From NCBI GenBank assembly GCA_018394315.1, contig CP074575.1, forward strand, positions 930,001-994,000: a stretch of 64,000 nucleotides of DNA, in the 5' to 3' direction. The notes beneath the pieces are model-generated. The model ran no database searches. It saw only the letters and a program-made list of their open reading frames with translations, and was not told the origin of the DNA. The stretch is from Mycoplasmatota bacterium (GTDB taxonomy: Bacteria; Bacillota_I; Bacilli_A; MAG-NZ). Below are positions 9,842-23,187 of this stretch, one piece after another (positions within the stretch are counted from its first letter, which is position 1; every line of letters starts with the position of its first letter). The position numbers and the translations under genes were made by a program.

Positions 9842-10600
9842 ATGAATAAAAATAATCGTTATCATTCAATTGTAATATTCATAGTACCTGCATTACGAAC
9901 AACATTATTTATTGCTGCAGGAATTCTTCTAGGTAATCTTCCTCCTTTTAGAGGGAGGAATTTGAGAGATGCTTCAAGTTGGTGGGGATTGTTATGTGTA
10001 GTTGTTAACATTATTACAATTATCATTCTTCTTATCTTAACTAAACGTGATGGAAAAACCTTTAAAGATTTAATTAATCATAATCCAGATAAGAAGAAGA
10101 CGCTAAAAGAAATTAAAATAGCGATTCCAATGATGTTATTATTAGGAATAGGAGGTCTTTGGGGATTTTCTTATTTAGTCTACGGATACATGCCCGTGAC
10201 AAATACACAGCCACTACCTATTTGGGCAGCAATTTTAGTGCTAATACTTCTTCCTATTACTATTGTTTTTGCTGAAATCCCTCTATATCTAGGCTACTGT
10301 GCTCCGGGAATAAAAAATATAACAAAAAATGAAGTTTTATCAATTGCTTATCCATTGTTTTTCTATGCGTTACAACATAGTTTTATTCCACTACTTTTTG
10401 ATTATAAACATATATTATCAAGATTTTTAGTGTTTATTCCACTTCTAGCAATAATTGGAATATGGTATTATAAGAAAAAAGATCTACTACCTTTAATGAT
10501 TGGACATGGTTTGTTAGATACTTTAACTGTAATACAAATCTTGTTGGTATCAATATATCCTTCTATCTATGAAATGATGCGTTCTGCCAGTGTAGGGTAA
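9842..10600 (+). CDS. membrane protein, CPBP/CAAX-protease-like
   Basis: RBS AAGGGGTG before ATG 9842; multi-TM; FAE..Y.GY, FFYALQH, LMIGHGLLD motifs. Confidence 0.6.
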   Translation: MNKNNRYHSIVIFIVPALRTTLFIAAGILLGNLPPFRGRNLRDASSWWGLLCVVVNIITIIILLILTKRDGKTFKDLINHNPDKKKTLKEIKIAIPMMLLLGIGGLWGFSYLVYGYMPVTNTQPLPIWAAILVLILLPITIVFAEIPLYLGYCAPGIKNITKNEVLSIAYPLFFYALQHSFIPLLFDYKHILSRFLVFIPLLAIIGIWYYKKKDLLPLMIGHGLLDTLTVIQILLVSIYPSIYEMMRSASVG

Positions 10601-10640
10601 ATGATATCTTCTAGAAACAAATAAATATCAATAGTAAAAA

Positions 10641-10672
10641 TAAAACTCGCTCAATTAAGAGCGAGTTATTTT
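10641..10672. terminator. bidirectional terminator between convergent genes
   Basis: AACTCGCTC-aattaa-GAGCGAGTT flanked by A- and T-rich tracts. Confidence 0.7.
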
Positions 10673-10701
10673 AAAAAAAAACGGGATTTTCATCCCAATT
10701 T

Positions 10702-10899
10702 TTATAATTTAACGATATTTGTTGCTTGAGGTCCACGGTCATTAACTTCGATGTCAAACTCAACTGCTTGACCTTCTTCTAAAGTTTTATAACCATCACC
10801 TGTGATATTTGAAAAGTGTGCAAACACTTCTTTCCCATCTTCGGCAGTGATAAATCCATAACCTTTTTCTCCGTTAAACCATTTTACAGTTCCATTCAT
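10702..10899 (-). CDS. cspA: cold-shock protein
   Basis: GTVKWFN.EKGYGFI, VFAHFS.I..DGYKTL.EGQ.V. Confidence 0.97.
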   Translation of the reverse strand: MNGTVKWFNGEKGYGFITAEDGKEVFAHFSNITGDGYKTLEEGQAVEFDIEVNDRGPQATNIVKL

Positions 10900-11220
10900 A
10901 AAATAAAAATTCTCCTTTTTTGTTATGTAATCATTATATACTAATAATTATCAAAAGAAAAGCACTAATTATAGTTTTATGTATTTTATTGTAAAAAGTG
11001 TCATAATTTTAAGTTTTTTAATAATTATGGTGCTTTTATTAGGTGATGAGCTGTCTTGTGATTGAAAGTATTGTTAATAAAAATATATATGGACGAATGA
11101 AATATAGGATGGTAGTATATTAATATTGTTAATGATGAAACTAATAGTAACTAGAAATAAAATACGACGGTGCTATTATTTAATTGGATAAATTAAATTT
11201 TATTTATTTTGAAAATACTC

Positions 11221-11248
11221 TTGCTTATAATAAAAATTAGAGTATAAT
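11221..11248 (+). promoter_or_regulatory. sigma-A-like promoter of pyr operon
   Basis: TTGCTT-16 nt-TATAAT. Confidence 0.5.
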
Positions 11249-11261
11249 ATGAATGATAGTA

Positions 11262-11361
11262 CTTTTAAAGTAGTCCAGAGAGGCTAAAAAGGGAATATAC
11301 TCAATCAATTACTTATATAGGAAAAGTATACCCTTTAGTTATGGACTAAAGGTTTTTTTTT
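11262..11361 (+). promoter_or_regulatory. PyrR-binding attenuator leader
   Basis: AGTCCAGAGAGGCT PyrR-binding loop at ~11272-11285; terminator CCTTTAGT-tatgg-ACTAAAGG+T-run at 11332-11361. Confidence 0.9.
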
Positions 11362-11379
11362 ATGATAATGGAGGGTAAA

Positions 11380-12249
11380 ATGAAAAATTTATTTAAACTA
11401 AGTGAATTAAGTATTGAAGAAATTCATAGTATTTTGGATGAAGCAGAAGGATTTGCAAATGGTAAAACATGGGATGGAGTAAAAGGAAAGAAGATTGCTA
11501 ATTTATTCTTTGAACCATCAACAAGAACACATTATAGTTTTATTGTTGCAGAGCAGAATTTAGGTATCGTAGACACTAACTTTAATACAGAGGCGTCAAG
11601 TGTAAAAAAAGGTGAGACATTATATGATACATTAAAAACTTTTGAAATGATTGGATTCGATGGATTAGTTGTTAGACATCCTGCAAATAATTATTTTAAA
11701 CAATTGGATGGAATTAATATTCCAATTATGTCTGGTGGAGATGGAACTGGAAATCATCCAACACAAAGTTTATTGGATTTATTAACAATCAAACAAGAAT
11801 TTGGATCATTTGAAGGATTGAAAATAGCTATAGTAGGAGATATTAGACACTCACGTGTTGCTCATACTAATATTGAAGTTATGAAGAGATTAGGTATGAA
11901 TGTGTTTGTATCAGGACCAAAGGAGTTTGATGATAGAAGTGCTGACTATTTAGAGTTTGAAGAAGTAATAAAAGAAATGGATATCATTATGCTTTTAAGA
12001 GTTCAATATGAAAGACATGGCTATAACATGACACTATCTAAAGAAGAGTATCATGCTGAATATGGAATTACTATGGAGCGAGTAAACCAAATGAAAGATG
12101 AAGCAATTATTATGCATCCTGCACCTTATAATAGAGGAACTGAGATTGCGGATGAAGTAGTAGAGTGCAGTAAATCTAGAATTATGAAACAAATGGCTAA
12201 CGGTGTGTATACACGAATGGCTGTTATTAAAAGAGCATTCAGCGAATAG
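11380..12249 (+). CDS. pyrB: aspartate carbamoyltransferase catalytic subunit
   Basis: FFEPSTRT, KGETL.DT, HPTQSLLD, RVQ.ER, MHPAP.NRG. Confidence 0.97.
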   Translation: MKNLFKLSELSIEEIHSILDEAEGFANGKTWDGVKGKKIANLFFEPSTRTHYSFIVAEQNLGIVDTNFNTEASSVKKGETLYDTLKTFEMIGFDGLVVRHPANNYFKQLDGINIPIMSGGDGTGNHPTQSLLDLLTIKQEFGSFEGLKIAIVGDIRHSRVAHTNIEVMKRLGMNVFVSGPKEFDDRSADYLEFEEVIKEMDIIMLLRVQYERHGYNMTLSKEEYHAEYGITMERVNQMKDEAIIMHPAPYNRGTEIADEVVECSKSRIMKQMANGVYTRMAVIKRAFSE

Positions 12250-12774
<525 letters not shown>

Positions 12775-12786
12775 GGGGGTCGTATT

Positions 12787-14044
12787 ATGAAGATTCTCTT
12801 AAAGAATGGGAGGATATTGGAAAAAGAATTAGTAGAAATAGACATGCTAATAGTAGATAGTGTTATTCAAGAAATTAGTGAAAATATAGAAATTAAACCT
12901 GACTATGATGTTTATGATTTAAGGGGGAATTTTATTTCTCCAGGATTTATTGATATGCATGTTCATCTAAGAGAGCCGGGATTTGAGCATAAAGAAACTA
13001 TTGAAACTGGTACAATGGCTGCAGCTAGAGGTGGATATACTACAATATGCCCTATGCCAAACATCTCACCGGTTCCTGATACAGTTGAAAAGGTTGATAA
13101 ATATTTAAAGTTAATAGAAGAGAAAGCCAGAGTTCGTGTTTTACCATATGCATCTATTACTCTTCAAGCAAGTGAACAAGGAGAAGTAGTTGATATGGAA
13201 AGACTCAGAGGAAAAGTATGTGGATTTTCTAATGACGGTGTTGGGATTCAGAGTGCAAAGTTGATGTATGAAGCCATGCAAACTGCTAATAAGTATGAAT
13301 CATTAATTGCTGCTCATTGTGAGGATGAATCATTACTTTTTGGAGGATATGTACACCGTGGTCTAAAAAGTGAGCGTGAAGGATGGAAAGGCATTACATC
13401 TTTAAGTGAAAGTATTCAAATAGCTCGAGATGTTTTGATTGCTGAAGAAACAAATTCAAGATATCACGTTTGCCACATATCTACCAAAGAGGGTGTGAGA
13501 ATTGTAAAGGAAGCAAAAGAAAGGGGTCTAAAAGTCACTTGTGAAGTTACGCCTCATCATCTGCTTCTTGTTGATAATGATGTACAGAATACTAATTATA
13601 AAATGAATCCTCCTTTACGAGGAGTAGATGATAAATACTCATTAATTAAAGCATTAGTGGATGGTACGATTGATGTAATAGCTACAGATCATGCACCTCA
13701 TGCCGATTTTGAGAAGGAATTAGGGATGGATAGAGCTCCATTTGGAATTGTTGGTTTAGAAACGGCGTTCCCTTTAATTTATACATATTTAATTAAAACT
13801 AATATGGCTACACTAAGCGATGCAATAAAGTGGTTTAGCTTAAACCCAGCTAAAATATTAAATTTAGAATCAGGAAAATTAAGAGAAGGTAGAATCGCTG
13901 ATTTAACAATAATAGATTTACATAGTAAGAAGAAAATTAAGCGAAGTAAATTTCATTCGAAAGGAAAGAACACACCATTTGATGGATGGGAATGTTACGG
14001 TTGGCCTGTAATGACTATCGTAGGTGGGAATGTTGTATATAAAG

Positions 14045-14070
<26 letters not shown>
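12787..14070 (+). CDS. pyrC: dihydroorotase
   Basis: DMHVHLREPG, MPN, KMNPPLR, ATDHAPH, GLET. Confidence 0.96.
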
Positions 14071-16369
<2,299 letters not shown>

Positions 16370-16380
<11 letters not shown>

Positions 16381-16999
16381 AATTGCTAAGTTATTATTAG
16401 AAATAAAAGCAGTGTTTCTAAGTCCAAATGAGCCTTTTACTTGGGCGAGTGGAATCAAGTCACCAATTTATTGTGATAATAGATTAACTTTGTCTTACCC
16501 AAAAGTAAGAGACGAAGTTGAGAATGGATTAAAAACACTTATTGAAGAACATTATCCTGATGTGGATGTAATAATGGGTACATCGACTGCAGGAATAGCA
16601 CATGCTGCAATTGTGGCAGATAAAATGAACTTACCAATGGGATATGTAAGGGGTAGTCAAAAGACCCATGGAAGAACAAATCAAATAGAAGGTAAAGTCA
16701 ATCCTAGTGATAAAGTTGTGGTTGTTGAGGATTTGATATCTACTGCTGGAAGTGTACTAGAAGTAGTAGATACTTTAAAAGAAGCTGGCGCAACTGTTTT
16801 AGGAATTGCTTCAATATTCACATATGGACTTAAGAAGAGTATTGATAGACTAAATCAAGCTAATGTTAAGAATGTTTCACTATCTAATTTTGATGCTTTA
16901 GTTAGCGTAGCAGTTGATGAGAGCTATATAAAAGAAGAAGATCAAAAGAAATTACTTCAATTTAGAGGGGATCCAAGCGACCCAAGCTGGTTGAAATAG
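16370..16999 (+). CDS. pyrE: orotate phosphoribosyltransferase
   Basis: FTWASGIKSPIYCDNR, VVEDLISTAGS. Confidence 0.96.
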
Positions 17000-17114
17000 G
17001 TCGAAACTTGGAGTTATTTGTCTATTTGTGAAATAAGAATATAAATCGTTCGACAATCTATTTATTTTCACAACATCTTTTGCTAAAATGTATCTTACCA
17101 AGGGGGAAGTATTT

Positions 17115-17504
17115 ATGGAGAATGACACTAGCTACGACTTTTCGCACTTGAGGGTCCTTTATGTAGAGGATACAAGTGCGTTCAGGACTTTAATGAGAAG
17201 TATATTTGAGTATTTAAAGATTTCTAATTATGACATTGTTGACAATGGCATGGAAGCGATCGAATATACATATAATAAAGAATACGACCTAATAATTATG
17301 GATGTTGATATGCCTGTACTTAATGGGCATGAAGCAAGTAGCATTATTCAAAAAAAACTTGAAGTTGAAACACCGATATATGTATGCACGACAGAGGATA
17401 CCGATAAATCTAGTATTTTGTCTAAAAATGATTATACGGATTTGATTCCAAAACCATTTCATTTTACTGATTTAGTACGAGTCTTTGAAAAAAATATTCG
17501 ATAA
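17115..17504 (+). CDS. single-domain response regulator (receiver only)
   Basis: VLYVED, DLIIMDVDMP (phospho-Asp), KPF; no output domain. Confidence 0.85.
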   Translation: MENDTSYDFSHLRVLYVEDTSAFRTLMRSIFEYLKISNYDIVDNGMEAIEYTYNKEYDLIIMDVDMPVLNGHEASSIIQKKLEVETPIYVCTTEDTDKSSILSKNDYTDLIPKPFHFTDLVRVFEKNIR

Positions 17505-17570
17505 ATAAATGGGGAGTATCCCCTTTTATTTTTGGCAAAATCTTGATATAATTTTAAATTGAGGTGTAGA

Positions 17571-18578
17571 ATGAAGAGAGAAATAGCATTAGAGTTTTCT
17601 AGAATAACAGAAGCAGCTGCGATAGTTGCATATTATTACTTAGGTAGAGGAGATAAAATTGCTGCTGATGATGCTGCGGTTTCTGCAATGCGTTATATTT
17701 TGAACCAAACACAAATAGATGGAAAAATTGTTATCGGCGAGGGAGAAATTGATGAAGCCCCTATGCTTTACATTGGAGAAAAAGTTGGTGCAGGTGGACC
17801 TAGAGTTGATATAGCAGTTGATCCGATTGAGGGTACAAGAATGGTAGCATTAGGTCAAAGTAACGCTTTATCAGTTATTTTAGCTGCCGAAGAGGGATGT
17901 TTATTAGAAGCTCCAGATATGTACATGGAAAAATTGGTTGTTAATCAAGAGTGCGTAGGTGCAATAGATATTGATTTACCTTTAAAAACAAATCTAAAAA
18001 TAATTTCAAAAGTTATGGGTAAACCACTTACTGATATTACTATGGTAACTTTAGAAAAAGAAAGACATTTAGGAATAATTAAAGAAGTGCAGGCATTGGG
18101 AGTTAAAGTATACGCTATTCCAGATGGGGATGTAGCAGCAAGTATATTGACGTGTATGCCAAAGAGTGAAGTAGATTTAATGTATTGTATAGGTGGAGCT
18201 CCTGAGGGAGTTGTATCTGCAGGTGTAATTAGAGCACTTGGCGGAGATATGCAAGGGAGACTACTTTTAAGAAAAGACGTAAAAGAGGATCCAAAAAATG
18301 CAAGCGAAAGCGAATTAGCAAGATGTATTGAAATGGGTGTTGAAGTAAATAAGAAACTTGAACTTAATGATTTATGTTCAACAGATAACGTAATCTTTTC
18401 TGCAACCGGGGTAACAAAGGGAGACTTGTTAAATGGAGTTTCGATTAAAAATAATATTGCAGAAACTCAATCCTTACTTATAAGAGGAAAAAGTAGAACA
18501 ATCAGAATATTAGAATCTACACATTTTTTAGAAAAAAAGGATGACTTTATTAGAAATATTGTTAAAAATATAAAATAA
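17571..18578 (+). CDS. glpX: class II fructose-1,6-bisphosphatase
   Basis: GEGEIDEAPML, DPIEGT, APDMYMEK, DGDV, GGAPEGV. Confidence 0.96.
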   Translation: MKREIALEFSRITEAAAIVAYYYLGRGDKIAADDAAVSAMRYILNQTQIDGKIVIGEGEIDEAPMLYIGEKVGAGGPRVDIAVDPIEGTRMVALGQSNALSVILAAEEGCLLEAPDMYMEKLVVNQECVGAIDIDLPLKTNLKIISKVMGKPLTDITMVTLEKERHLGIIKEVQALGVKVYAIPDGDVAASILTCMPKSEVDLMYCIGGAPEGVVSAGVIRALGGDMQGRLLLRKDVKEDPKNASESELARCIEMGVEVNKKLELNDLCSTDNVIFSATGVTKGDLLNGVSIKNNIAETQSLLIRGKSRTIRILESTHFLEKKDDFIRNIVKNIK

Positions 18579-18637
18579 GTATGTGAAAGGTGAGTTTATG
18601 GTTAGAAGTATAATAGTAACTTTTTGTTCTGAGGCAT

Positions 18638-18952
18638 ATGAACTATTTATTTAAAGAACTAATAAGAATTCCATATGATATTTCTATCGAAGAATTGAAC
18701 TTGATTGAAGAAACAGAATTTGAAGTAGATCTTCATGGACTAATATTTTCTGTTGCCAAGAGTGCAATTCAAAGAATAGTAAGATACTCACCAAGACATA
18801 TTAAAAGTATTTACGTAATACATGGATATATCGGCGGTACAGATTTAAAAAAAATGATGACAAAACAAAACATGAAGAGTTCAAGAATCAAACATGTAAA
18901 TCCAACTATGAATCCTGGACAATCAGTTATTGTTTTTAAGGATATTGAGTAG
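18638..18952 (+). CDS. stand-alone Smr-domain protein
   Basis: VDLHG, VIHGY.GG..LK, NPG motifs. Confidence 0.75.
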   Translation: MNYLFKELIRIPYDISIEELNLIEETEFEVDLHGLIFSVAKSAIQRIVRYSPRHIKSIYVIHGYIGGTDLKKMMTKQNMKSSRIKHVNPTMNPGQSVIVFKDIE

Positions 18953-18997
18953 AATTTTAGAAAGGAAAGCAAGAATAATTCTTGCAAGGAAATAATT

Positions 18998-19717
18998 ATG
19001 GGTAGAGCTTTTGAGGTTAGAAAAGCATCAATGGCCAAAACAGGAGCCAAAAAGGCCAAAGTTTATTCCAAGTTTGGAAAAGAATTATACATTTGCGCAA
19101 GAAATGGTGGAACTAATCCAGATTCAAACTTGGCTCTTAAACATTTAATTGAAAAGGCAAAGAAGGCACAAGTTCCGGGAGATATTATTAAGAGAAATAT
19201 TGACAAGGCAGAAGCCTCGGGAGGCGAAAGCTATACTTTTTATAGATATGAAGGCTTTGGTCCTGGTGGATCTGCACTTATTGTTGACTGTTTAAGTGAT
19301 AATGTAAATAGAACTGTTACAGATGTAAGAAATTGTTTTACTAAAACTGGAGGGAAATTGGGCGTAAACGGATCTGTGATTCATGGATTCGAGCATCTAA
19401 GTTTGGTAGGTGTAAAAGATTTTGATGAAGAAGAACTACTAGAAATTCTCTTAATGGCTGAAATAGATGTTAAGGATATTGAAGAGGAAGAAGAAGAATT
19501 AATTATATATGGCGCAGCAAGCGAACTTTTCAATATAAAGAAAGCAATTGAGCAAGAAAGAAGTGATGTCGAGTTTACAATCGATGAACAAACAATGCTT
19601 CCTACTAACTTTGTTGAACTCACAAATGAGGAAGATAATGAAAAGTTTTCTAAACTTCTTGATATGCTTGAAGACTGTGACGATGTTCAGAGAGTTTATC
19701 ATAATGTAAAGGAGTAA
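18998..19717 (+). CDS. yebC: YebC/PmpR (TACO1) family protein
   Basis: MGRAFE.RK, YEGFGPGG, DNVNRT, LEDCDDVQ.VYHN. Confidence 0.95.
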   Translation: MGRAFEVRKASMAKTGAKKAKVYSKFGKELYICARNGGTNPDSNLALKHLIEKAKKAQVPGDIIKRNIDKAEASGGESYTFYRYEGFGPGGSALIVDCLSDNVNRTVTDVRNCFTKTGGKLGVNGSVIHGFEHLSLVGVKDFDEEELLEILLMAEIDVKDIEEEEEELIIYGAASELFNIKKAIEQERSDVEFTIDEQTMLPTNFVELTNEEDNEKFSKLLDMLEDCDDVQRVYHNVKE

Positions 19718-19760
19718 TTTTCATTACTTCTTTTTGTTGAAAAAAAATAGCGATTTTAGT

Positions 19761-19776
19761 TGGTAAACGCTTTCAA
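19761..19776 (+). promoter_or_regulatory. cre-like (CcpA/LacI-family) operator
   Basis: TGGTAAACGCTTTCAA, one mismatch to WTGNNARCGNWWWCAW. Confidence 0.5.
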
Positions 19777-19866
19777 CTATGCTAAAATGTATGTGCAATT
19801 ATTCAACAGTCTTTTTACAGCAAAATAAATGCTGAATTCTATTGATTATTTGAAAGGAGAAAACAA

Positions 19867-20100
19867 ATGGCAAGAGGAAGAGTTGTCGTTAGTGTCGATC
19901 GTTGCAAAGGATGTTCACTATGTGTAGAAGCATGTCCGCAAAATGTGCTTGCTATGGATACAAAAGTAAATGTTAAAGGATACACACCTGCAGTTGCGAT
20001 AAACCCTGACAAATGTACTGGTTGTACATTCTGTGCTTTAGTGTGTCCAGATGTATGCATTGAAGTTTATCGTGAAAAAGGAGGAACTAAAAATGGCTAA
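19867..20100 (+). CDS. 2x[4Fe-4S] ferredoxin subunit (delta) of 2-oxoacid:ferredoxin oxidoreductase
   Basis: CKGCSLCVEACP and CTGCTFCALVCP. Confidence 0.93.
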   Translation: MARGRVVVSVDRCKGCSLCVEACPQNVLAMDTKVNVKGYTPAVAINPDKCTGCTFCALVCPDVCIEVYREKGGTKNG

Positions 20101-21181
20101 GGTCTTAATGAAAGGTAACGAAGCCATGGCACTAGCAGCTATTAAAGGTGGAGTTGACGCTTTCTTTGGATATCCTATTACTCCTCAGAATGAAATACCA
20201 GAATACTTATCTAGAGAATTACCTAAGTTAGGAAAAGTTTTTGTTCAAGCAGAAAGTGAAGTAGCTGCTATTAATATGGTATATGGAGCAGGTGGAGCAG
20301 GTGCAAGAGTATTAACATCATCAAGTTCACCTGGGATTGCTTTAAAACAAGAAGGTATTACATATATGGCTGGATCTCAAATACCAGGTGTAATCATTAA
20401 TGTAATGCGTGGAGGACCTGGACTAGGTGGAATTCAACCTTCACAAGCAGACTACTACCAAGTTACTCGTGGTGGTGGAAATGGAGATTATAACTGTATA
20501 GTTTTAGCTCCTGAAAACGTTCAAGAGGCGTTTGATTTAGTTAAAGAGTCGTTTGATCTAGCGGATTACTATAGAAACCCAGTTATGATTGCTGCTGATG
20601 GTCTTATCGGACAAATGATGGCCCCAGTAGACATTGATAAGGAAACTCCAAAATTGGATTTACCTGAAAAAGATTGGGCAACAACTGGAATGAAAAACAG
20701 AAGAACTAAAGAGAATAAGGACGTTGATCCTAACATTATAGTTTCTTTAAGTTTAGTTGATACTGTTTTAGAAGAAATGAATCTTGTATTACAGAAAAAA
20801 TATACTCATATGAGAGAAAACCAACAAAGATATGAGTTAATTAATATAGAAGATGCAGAGATCGTTATTGTTGCATACGGAACTAGTAGTAGAATTTGCC
20901 GTTCTGCTATGGAAATTTTAAAAGAAGAAGGAATCAAAGTAGGAATGATTAGACCAATTACTTTATGGCCATTCCCTGAGAAAGCATTCGCTGAAATTCC
21001 TGAGTCTGTTAAAGGATTATTAACGGTAGAAATGAGTATGGGACAAATGATTGATGATGTAAAAATTTCTAATAACGGGAAATTACCTGTTGGGTTCTAT
21101 GGTAGATGTGGTGGAGTAATACCTGAACCAGAGGAAATTGTTAATGCCGTAAAGGATTTTCTGGGAGGTTTAAATGGATAA
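20093..21181 (+). CDS. vorB: 2-oxoacid:ferredoxin oxidoreductase alpha subunit (VorB-like)
   Basis: KGNEA, GYPITPQ, QAESEVAA, TSSSSPG, RGGPGLG.IQPSQADY. Confidence 0.88.
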   Translation: MAKVLMKGNEAMALAAIKGGVDAFFGYPITPQNEIPEYLSRELPKLGKVFVQAESEVAAINMVYGAGGAGARVLTSSSSPGIALKQEGITYMAGSQIPGVIINVMRGGPGLGGIQPSQADYYQVTRGGGNGDYNCIVLAPENVQEAFDLVKESFDLADYYRNPVMIAADGLIGQMMAPVDIDKETPKLDLPEKDWATTGMKNRRTKENKDVDPNIIVSLSLVDTVLEEMNLVLQKKYTHMRENQQRYELINIEDAEIVIVAYGTSSRICRSAMEILKEEGIKVGMIRPITLWPFPEKAFAEIPESVKGLLTVEMSMGQMIDDVKISNNGKLPVGFYGRCGGVIPEPEEIVNAVKDFLGGLNG

Positions 21182-21923
21182 TTTAGTATTTGAAAGAACT
21201 AAGGGTCTTACAAAAAAAGAGTTTTCTTATTGTCCAGGATGTACTCACGGAATAATCCACCGTCTTGTAGCTGAAGTATTAGAGGAACTTAATGTTTTAG
21301 ATACAGCTGTTGGTGTTGCATCAGTAGGGTGTTCAGTAATTAATTACGAATATTTTGATTGTGATATGCAACAAGCTGCTCATGGTAGAGCTCCTGCGGT
21401 TGCTACTGGTATAAAAAGAGTTAATCCTGAAAACACTGTATTTACTTATCAAGGTGATGGTGACTTAGCTGCTATTGGTACTGCAGAAATTATTCATGCA
21501 GCGCATAGAAATGAAAACATTTCAGTAATGTTTGTTAACAATGCAATTTTTGGTATGACAGGTGGACAAATGGCTCCAACAACTTTACCAGGACAAAAAA
21601 CTACAACTTCACAAAATGGACGAGATCCATATGTTGTAGGTATGCCAATTAGAATGAGTGAAGTATTGGGTCAAATTCCAGGAGCTTATTATGTTGAAAG
21701 AGTTTCTGTTCATAATCCTAAACATATCATTAAAGCTAAGAAGGCAATTAAAAAAGCTTTCCAAAATCAAATTGATGGTAAAGGATTTAGCTTAGTTGAA
21801 TTTATTTCAACATGTCCAATAAATTGGAGAATGACACCAAATGATTCACTTAAGTGGGTTGAGGATTCAATGATTCCTTATTATCCATTAGGTGTTGTAA
21901 AGGACGGTGACAAGAATGATTAA
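21174..21923 (+). CDS. 2-oxoacid:ferredoxin oxidoreductase beta (TPP-binding) subunit
   Basis: YCPGCTHG, HGRAPAVATG, YQGDGD, NN..GMTGGQ. Confidence 0.92.
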   Translation: MDNLVFERTKGLTKKEFSYCPGCTHGIIHRLVAEVLEELNVLDTAVGVASVGCSVINYEYFDCDMQQAAHGRAPAVATGIKRVNPENTVFTYQGDGDLAAIGTAEIIHAAHRNENISVMFVNNAIFGMTGGQMAPTTLPGQKTTTSQNGRDPYVVGMPIRMSEVLGQIPGAYYVERVSVHNPKHIIKAKKAIKKAFQNQIDGKGFSLVEFISTCPINWRMTPNDSLKWVEDSMIPYYPLGVVKDGDKND

Positions 21924-22455
21924 TGAAAAAATTATTGTTGCTGGTTTCGGTGGCCAAGGTGTAATGTTAATGGGTCAATTATTAGCATACGCAGCAACTA
22001 ACCAAGATTTGAACACATTATGGTTTCCATCATACGGACCAGAAACGCGCGGTGGAACTGCAAACTGTCAAGTAATAATATCTGAAGAAGATATTTATTC
22101 ACCAGTATTTTCAAAGTGTGATACTGCTATTATCATGAATGGACCATCTTTGGATAAGTTTGAGAGTAGAGTAGCTCCAGGTGGAAAAATTCTTATTAAT
22201 TCATCTTTAGTTTCTAGAGAAGTTACTAGAACTGATATTGAAGTAATTAAAGTACCAGTAAATGAGATTGCATTAGAACTTGGAAATCTTAAGGTTGCCA
22301 ACATGGTTATGTTAGGTGCATATTTAGAAGTACTAAAAATTTTCTCAATTGATGATATTATTAAGGTACTTAAAAAGACATTTGGTGAAGGGAAATCTCA
22401 CTTAATTGATGTTAATAGAGAAGCACTTAAAATAGGAAGTAAAAGTACTAAATAA
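21916..22455 (+). CDS. 2-oxoacid:ferredoxin oxidoreductase gamma subunit
   Basis: AGFGGQGV, PSYGPE.RGG, NMVMLGA. Confidence 0.92.
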   Translation: MINEKIIVAGFGGQGVMLMGQLLAYAATNQDLNTLWFPSYGPETRGGTANCQVIISEEDIYSPVFSKCDTAIIMNGPSLDKFESRVAPGGKILINSSLVSREVTRTDIEVIKVPVNEIALELGNLKVANMVMLGAYLEVLKIFSIDDIIKVLKKTFGEGKSHLIDVNREALKIGSKSTK

Positions 22456-22459
22456 ATTC

Positions 22460-22488
22460 AAAAAGGCTTTAGTTAAAAGCCTTTTTTT
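22460..22488 (+). terminator. intrinsic terminator
   Basis: AAAAGGCTTT-agtta-AAAGCCTTTTTTT. Confidence 0.8.
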
Positions 22489-22649
22489 CATTTAGTAAAG
22501 AGCTAACGCAATAGGTTCGATCGTAGCTTAGAAGTAATGTCTTGAAGTCAACCTTTTCGGAATGTTCAGTGATAATTTCATCAATACTTACATCAAATAT
22601 TTTTGTTATTTCTTAATCTTGCTATATTACATGCAATGTTCTTAAGTAG

Positions 22650-22877
22650 CACAAAGTTGTTGCTCTAACAAGAATTCCATTTTTTGTATTAAGAAGTGGT
22701 GGAAGAGTATTGGATGTATTAATTTTGGATTCGACTTTTATGTGGGTAATTAAGGTTCCAGTTGCTGTTACATTAGCTTATATGACTAATTTAAGTATTA
22801 TATGGTTAGTTATTGGAGTTGAGACAACTAGAGTGACAAATGCATTCATAAGTATGTATTTCTATAATAAAAAGTAA
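22650..22877 (+). pseudogene. C-terminal remnant of a MATE-family transporter
   Basis: frame without an N-terminal start reads ...RIPFFVLRSGGRVLDVLILDSTFMWVIKVPVAVTLAY...; LR.GG and MW...VP.A resemble MATE C-termini. Confidence 0.6.
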
Positions 22878-22927
22878 TGACTAAATTCCTTTGAATAGAA
22901 TTGTAAGTGTTTTCACTTAAATTATTG

Positions 22928-22956
22928 TTGACACTTTGTTTATATAGTGATAGTAT
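22928..22956 (+). promoter_or_regulatory. sigma-A-like promoter
   Basis: TTGACA-17 nt-TAGTAT with upstream TG. Confidence 0.6.
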
Positions 22957-22973
22957 TGCTTTAACAAAAAAAG

Positions 22974-23128
22974 TATAGAGGTTGCGGTGCATCAGATTAG
23001 TATGTGGAGTCGGCAGACAATGAAACATATGAAAGGTAATCATCGCCGAATATAATGTTTAGGCATAGATGTTATATGGGATTATAGGGAATACCTATAA
23101 TACTCCTACGAAGGTAGAGGCGCTAATG
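22974..23128 (+). ncRNA. lysine riboswitch
   Basis: AGAGGTTGCG...GAAAGG...CGCCGAA...GGCGCTA hallmark segments; followed by GC hairpin+T-run at ~23143-23162 and an amino-acid ABC operon. Confidence 0.85.
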
Positions 23129-23187
23129 TAGTTTATAACCGAGGGCGCGATGCGCTTTTTTTGTATATAAAAAAGGGAGAGAGAAAA

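Noticed and set aside
17000..17504. spo0F with Spo0A boxes (TTCGACA at ~17049) upstream of glpX
   Set aside because: The receiver resembles generic hybrid-kinase-type receivers rather than Spo0F, and a single 7-mer is expected by chance.
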